In this document: positions 60,166 through 64,000 of the stretch, piece after piece
How positions within the stretch are numbered: position 1 is the stretch's first letter
Layout of the letters: every line of letters begins with the position of its first letter
NCBI GenBank assembly: GCA_965208905.1
Contig: OZ242365.1
Coordinates: 1,696,001 to 1,760,000 of the forward strand
Origin: Nitrosopumilaceae archaeon
GTDB lineage: Archaea > Thermoproteota > Nitrososphaeria > Nitrososphaerales > Nitrosopumilaceae
DNA: 64,000 nt
Direction of reading: 5' to 3'
Notes under the pieces: model-generated
Told to the model about the DNA's origin: nothing
The model's input: only the letters and a program-made list of their open reading frames with translations
Database searches by the model: none
Made by a program: the position numbers and the translations under genes

Positions 60166-60414
60166 ATGGGCTGCATAACAACCAAGCATATAGGACGGGC
60201 CGATTATGTTTACGTGGAGTGGTACGCCAACGGTATACACAGGACAAAGTCATGCGGTAATGCGGCCAGGCCGGAGAGTTTCCGGCGTGCTCGTCAGGTG
60301 CTGGTTGATGTTATGCGCGAACGTATAGCGGCGATGGAGTCGCAGGTTGACCAAATGATTATAGACGCCGAAATCGGGGCGGTAAACGGCCAGGCTGATG
60401 AATCCCCTCCTTAA
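60166..60414 (+). CDS. Hypothetical protein
   Basis: YVYVEWY..TKSCG beta-rich N-terminus plus coiled coil; promoter box 30 nt upstream. Confidence 0.6.
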   Translation: MGCITTKHIGRADYVYVEWYANGIHRTKSCGNAARPESFRRARQVLVDVMRERIAAMESQVDQMIIDAEIGAVNGQADESPP

Positions 60415-60616
60415 ATGCAATGAATGCCATACGATACACATGTCGACAATGGAAGTACCGCGTCCCGATACGGATGCCTCACGGCCGCCGCGCTACACAC
60501 TATCACAGATTCTGGCCAATATCACATCACATACGGTAATACTTGATGCCAAAGACGATGCAGGTGCCATAACAATGGCTGAACTATACATGATGCGTCT
60601 AAGTCCTGGTGCTTGA
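60398..60616 (+). CDS. Small CxxC protein running into the repeat array
   Basis: LKCNECH; overlaps the previous gene. Confidence 0.45.
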   Translation: MNPLLKCNECHTIHMSTMEVPRPDTDASRPPRYTLSQILANITSHTVILDAKDDAGAITMAELYMMRLSPGA

Positions 60617-61645
60617 CTAGTCGAGTATGGCCAGTCGATAAGACGCTGCATGGTTGACTAGTCATGTTGTATGTATCATGTATGATGCGTCTAAGTCCTG
60701 GTGCTTGACGTCATGTATAATGCATCATGACTAGTCGAGTATGGGTAGTCGATAAGATGCTGCATGGCCAGGGTTAAGGCGCCATACTGTTGACTAGTCA
60801 TGCATGGTAGTGGCATGGCGTCATGTTACCAGGGTTAAGGCGCCATACGGTTGACTAGTCATGTTGTATGTTGCATGTATCATGTGTCATGCGTCTAAGT
60901 CCTGGTGCTTGACGTCATGTATCATGGGTAGTCGATAAGATGCTGCATGGCCAGGGTTAAGACGTAACACGGTTGACTAGTCATGTTGTATGTTGCATGC
61001 AGTATGTATCATACATCATGACTAGTCATGTATGGTAGTTGTATGGCGCCGGCATGCGACCAGTCGATAAGGCGCTGCATGGCCAGGGTTAAGACGTAAC
61101 ACGGTTGACTAGTCATGTTGTATGTTGCATGCAGTATGTATCATACATCATGACTAGTCAAGTATGGTAGTGGCATGACGTCATGTGGCCAGTCGATAAG
61201 ACGCTGCATGGCCAGGGTTAAGGCGCCATACGGTTGACTAGTCATGTTGTATACATGATGCGTCTAAGTCCTGGTGCTTGACTAGTCGAGTATGGTAGTG
61301 GCATGGCGCCGGCATGCGGCCAGTCGATAAGGCGCCATACGGTTGACTAGTCATGTTGCATATATCATGCATGATGCGTCTAAGTCCTGGTGCTTGACTA
61401 GTCATGTGTCATGGCCAGTCGATAAGACGCTGCATGGCCAGGGTTAAGGCGCCATACGGTTGACTAGTCATGTTGCATATATCATGTATAATGCATGATG
61501 CGTCTAAGTCCTGTTGGTTGACTAGTCATGTATGGTTGTTGTATTATATGACTAGTCATGTATCATGCGTCTAAGTCCGGGTGCTTGACGTCATGCATCA
61601 TGTATAATGCATCATGACTAGTCGAGTATGGTAGTGGTATGGCCG
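60590..61645. repeat. Non-coding modular repeat array, block 1
   Basis: Shuffled modules TGCGTCTAAGTCCTGGTGC, AGTCGATAAGACGCTGCATGG and CCAGGGTTAAGGCGCCATACGG, separated by ~17 GACTAGTC and CATG-rich linkers. Confidence 0.92.
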
Positions 61646-61667
61646 ATTGTTGTATGTTTTAAAAAAA

Positions 61668-63437
61668 CTATGGGTAACCAATAGCGTTAGTAAGATCGGC
61701 GTCCAGTAAATTGGCGTCCAGTAAGTTGGCTAACGTTAGGTTGGCTTCCTGTAAGTTGGCATCCCGTAGGTTGGCTCTATGTAGGTTGGTACCAACTAGG
61801 TTGGCGCCTACTAGGTCGGCGCCGTATAGGTTGGCGAACTGTAGGTCGGCGCCCAGTAGGTTGGCTAAAAATAGGTTGGCGCCTACTAGGTCGGCGCCGT
61901 ATAGGTTGGCATCATGTAGTATGGCGTACTGTAGGTTAGATTCTTGTAGGTTGACATCATGCATGTTGGCATCATATAGGTTGGCTCCCTGTAGGTTGGC
62001 TTCCAGTAGGTTGGCTCCCAGTAGGTTGGCTTCCTGTAGTATGGCATTCTGTAGGTCGGCGTAGAATAGGTTGGCGCCCTGTAGGTTGGCATCATATAGT
62101 ATGGCGCCCAATAATATGGCGCCCTGTAGGTTGGCGTTCTGTAGTATGGCATTCTGTAGGTTGGCGTTCTGTAGTATGGCATTCTGTAGGTTGGCGCCAT
62201 CTAGTGCGGCACCCCGTAGGTAGGCGCCCTGTAGGTCGGCATCAACTAGGTTGGTATTCCGTAGGTTGGCGCGCCGTAGGTCGGCTAAAGATAGTGTGGC
62301 GCCGGCTAGGTCGGCGTTCCGTAGGTTGGCGCCCTGTAGGTCAGCACCGTGTAGTTTAGCGCTCCGTAGGCTAGCGCCCTGTAGGTTGGCATCAACTAGG
62401 TCGGCGCCGTATAGGTTGGCGAACTGTAGGTCGGCGCCCAGTAGGTTGGCTAAAAATAGGTTGGCGCCTACTAGGTCGGCGCCGTATAGGTTGGCATCAT
62501 GTAGTATGGCGTACTGTAGGTTAGATTCTTGTAGGTTGACATCATGCATGTTGGCATCATATAGGTTGGCTCCCTGTAGGTTGGCTTCCTGTAGGTTGGC
62601 TCCCAGTAGGTTGGCTTCCTGTAGGTTGGCTTCCTGTAGTATGGCATTCTGTAGGTCGGCGTAGAATAGGTTGGCGCCCTGTAGGTTGGCATCATATAGT
62701 ATGGCGCCCAATAATATGGCGCCCTGTAGGTTGGCGTTCTGTAGTATGGCATTCTGTAGGTTGGCGTTCTGTAGTATGGCATTCTGTAGGTTGGCGCCAT
62801 CTAGTGCGGCACCCCGTAGGTAGGCGCCCTGTAGGTCGGCATCAACTAGGTTGGTATTCCGTAGGTTGGCGCGCCGTAGGTCGGCTAAAGATAGTGTGGC
62901 GCCGGCTAGGTCGGCGTTCCGTAGGTTGGCGCCCTGTAGGTCAGCACCGTGTAGTTTAGCGCTCCGTAGGCTAGCGCCCTGTAGGTTGGCATCAACTAGG
63001 TCGGCGCCGGCTAGGATGGCGCTCCGTAGGCTAGCGCCCTGTAGGTCGGCGTTCCGTAGGTTGGCGCCCTGTAGGTTGGCGAGGTTTAGTGTAGCGCCCT
63101 GTAGTTTAGCGCCCTCTAAGTTGGCGCCCTGTAGGTCGGCTAAAAATAGGTTGACATCCTGTAGGTTGGCGTCCGCTAGGTCGGCACCCTGTAGGTTGGC
63201 GTCCGCTAGGTCGGCACCCTGTAGGTTGGCGTTCTGTAGTATGGCACCCTGTAGGTTGACTTCATATAGGTTGGCGTTCTGTAGTATGGCGCCCGTTAGA
63301 TTAAAGCCGGCCATATTGGCGCCGGCAAAGTTCCGATTCTGTAAATCCTGGAATGAAAGATCTTCATGTGCGACTGCAGCCGGCCATGCAGACACAATAA
63401 GAATGAATGATAACAATAACAACAAGTAACCATTCAT
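61668..63437 (-). CDS. Secreted pentapeptide-repeat protein with ~600-bp internal tandem duplication
   Basis: MNGYLLLLLSF signal peptide; ANLQG repeats; 62041-62400 is identical to 62641-63000. Confidence 0.92.
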   Translation of the reverse strand: MNGYLLLLLSFILIVSAWPAAVAHEDLSFQDLQNRNFAGANMAGFNLTGAILQNANLYEVNLQGAILQNANLQGADLADANLQGADLADANLQDVNLFLADLQGANLEGAKLQGATLNLANLQGANLRNADLQGASLRSAILAGADLVDANLQGASLRSAKLHGADLQGANLRNADLAGATLSLADLRRANLRNTNLVDADLQGAYLRGAALDGANLQNAILQNANLQNAILQNANLQGAILLGAILYDANLQGANLFYADLQNAILQEANLQEANLLGANLQEANLQGANLYDANMHDVNLQESNLQYAILHDANLYGADLVGANLFLANLLGADLQFANLYGADLVDANLQGASLRSAKLHGADLQGANLRNADLAGATLSLADLRRANLRNTNLVDADLQGAYLRGAALDGANLQNAILQNANLQNAILQNANLQGAILLGAILYDANLQGANLFYADLQNAILQEANLLGANLLEANLQGANLYDANMHDVNLQESNLQYAILHDANLYGADLVGANLFLANLLGADLQFANLYGADLVGANLVGTNLHRANLRDANLQEANLTLANLLDANLLDADLTNAIGYP

Positions 63438-63477
63438 GTGTTTACGTCTGGCGTTGTGGTTATAGTTGTTTGTGGTG

Positions 63478-63882
63478 CATGGTTGACTAGTCATGTATCA
63501 TGGGTAGTCGATAAGACGCTGCATGGCCAGGGTTAAGGCGCCATACGGTTGACTAGTCATGCATCATGCAGCATGGCCAGTCGATAAGATACTGCATGGT
63601 TGACTAGTCATGTTGCATGTATCATGCATGATGCGTCTAAGTCCTGTTGGTTGACTAGTCATATTGCATGTATCATGTATCATGCATGATGCGTCTAAGT
63701 CATGTATGGTTGACTAGTCGAGTATGGCCAGTCGATAAGACGCTGCATGGCCAGGGTTAAGGCGCCATATGGTTGACTAGTCATGTATCATGTATAATGC
63801 ATCATGACTAGTCGAGTATGGTAGTGGCATGGCGGCCTGCATGCAGCCAGGGTTAAGATGCCATACTGTTGACTAGTCATAC
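63478..63882. repeat. Non-coding modular repeat array, block 2
   Basis: Same modules and orientation as block 1; ~8 more GACTAGTC. Confidence 0.9.
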
Positions 63883-64000
63883 AAGTCCAAGAGGCGGCTT
63901 GTGGAGAACGGCAAATATGAGTTGAACCGCGACAACACCACAATACACACAATACATGTGGGCTCATATTCGGATGACTAGTTGCCGGTCTAACCTTCCC

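Noticed and set aside
60590-63882. CRISPR array
   Set aside because: No constant repeat with unique spacers, the modules are shuffled, and no cas genes are present.

Overview
Mosaic 64-kb window, most likely from a Nitrososphaerota (Thaumarchaeota, Nitrosopumilaceae/Cenarchaeum-like) genome. That assignment is inferred from the cupredoxin domain, AhpC/TSA gene, tRNA and IS types. Layout: (i) 1-14.8 kb, defence/IS island: IS110 and IS481 elements, an IS6 transposase, an RM pair with a poly-G frameshift, TIGR02391, DUF5131+TcmP and a Panacea pair. (ii) 15.2-26.1 kb, integrative-element genes: three RHH proteins, DUF1937, a Cys-rich giant surface protein, two pilins and a tyrosine integrase abutting tRNA-Ile(GAT). 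(iii) 26.2-28.1 kb, two host-like genes. (iv) 28.3-33.3 kb, IS630/IS3 debris, two MNT-HEPN fusions and a truncated REase. (v) 33.3-64 kb, more element genes: pilin, exonuclease, intein-containing class II RNR, rhomboid, PKD and pentapeptide proteins, a divergent TBP, a degenerate RNR paralogue, a VirB11/VirD4-like operon with an intein, MITEs and a modular non-coding repeat array. Top hypothesis: the element has its own transcription-initiation system. At least 15 element genes share a non-canonical C-preceded TATA-like box about 28 nt before the ATG. The element encodes a TBP with Thr->Val at both DNA-reading positions. A ~1.5-kb non-coding array contains many copies of the same promoter-like motif. 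All calls come from manual reading; no database searches were run.
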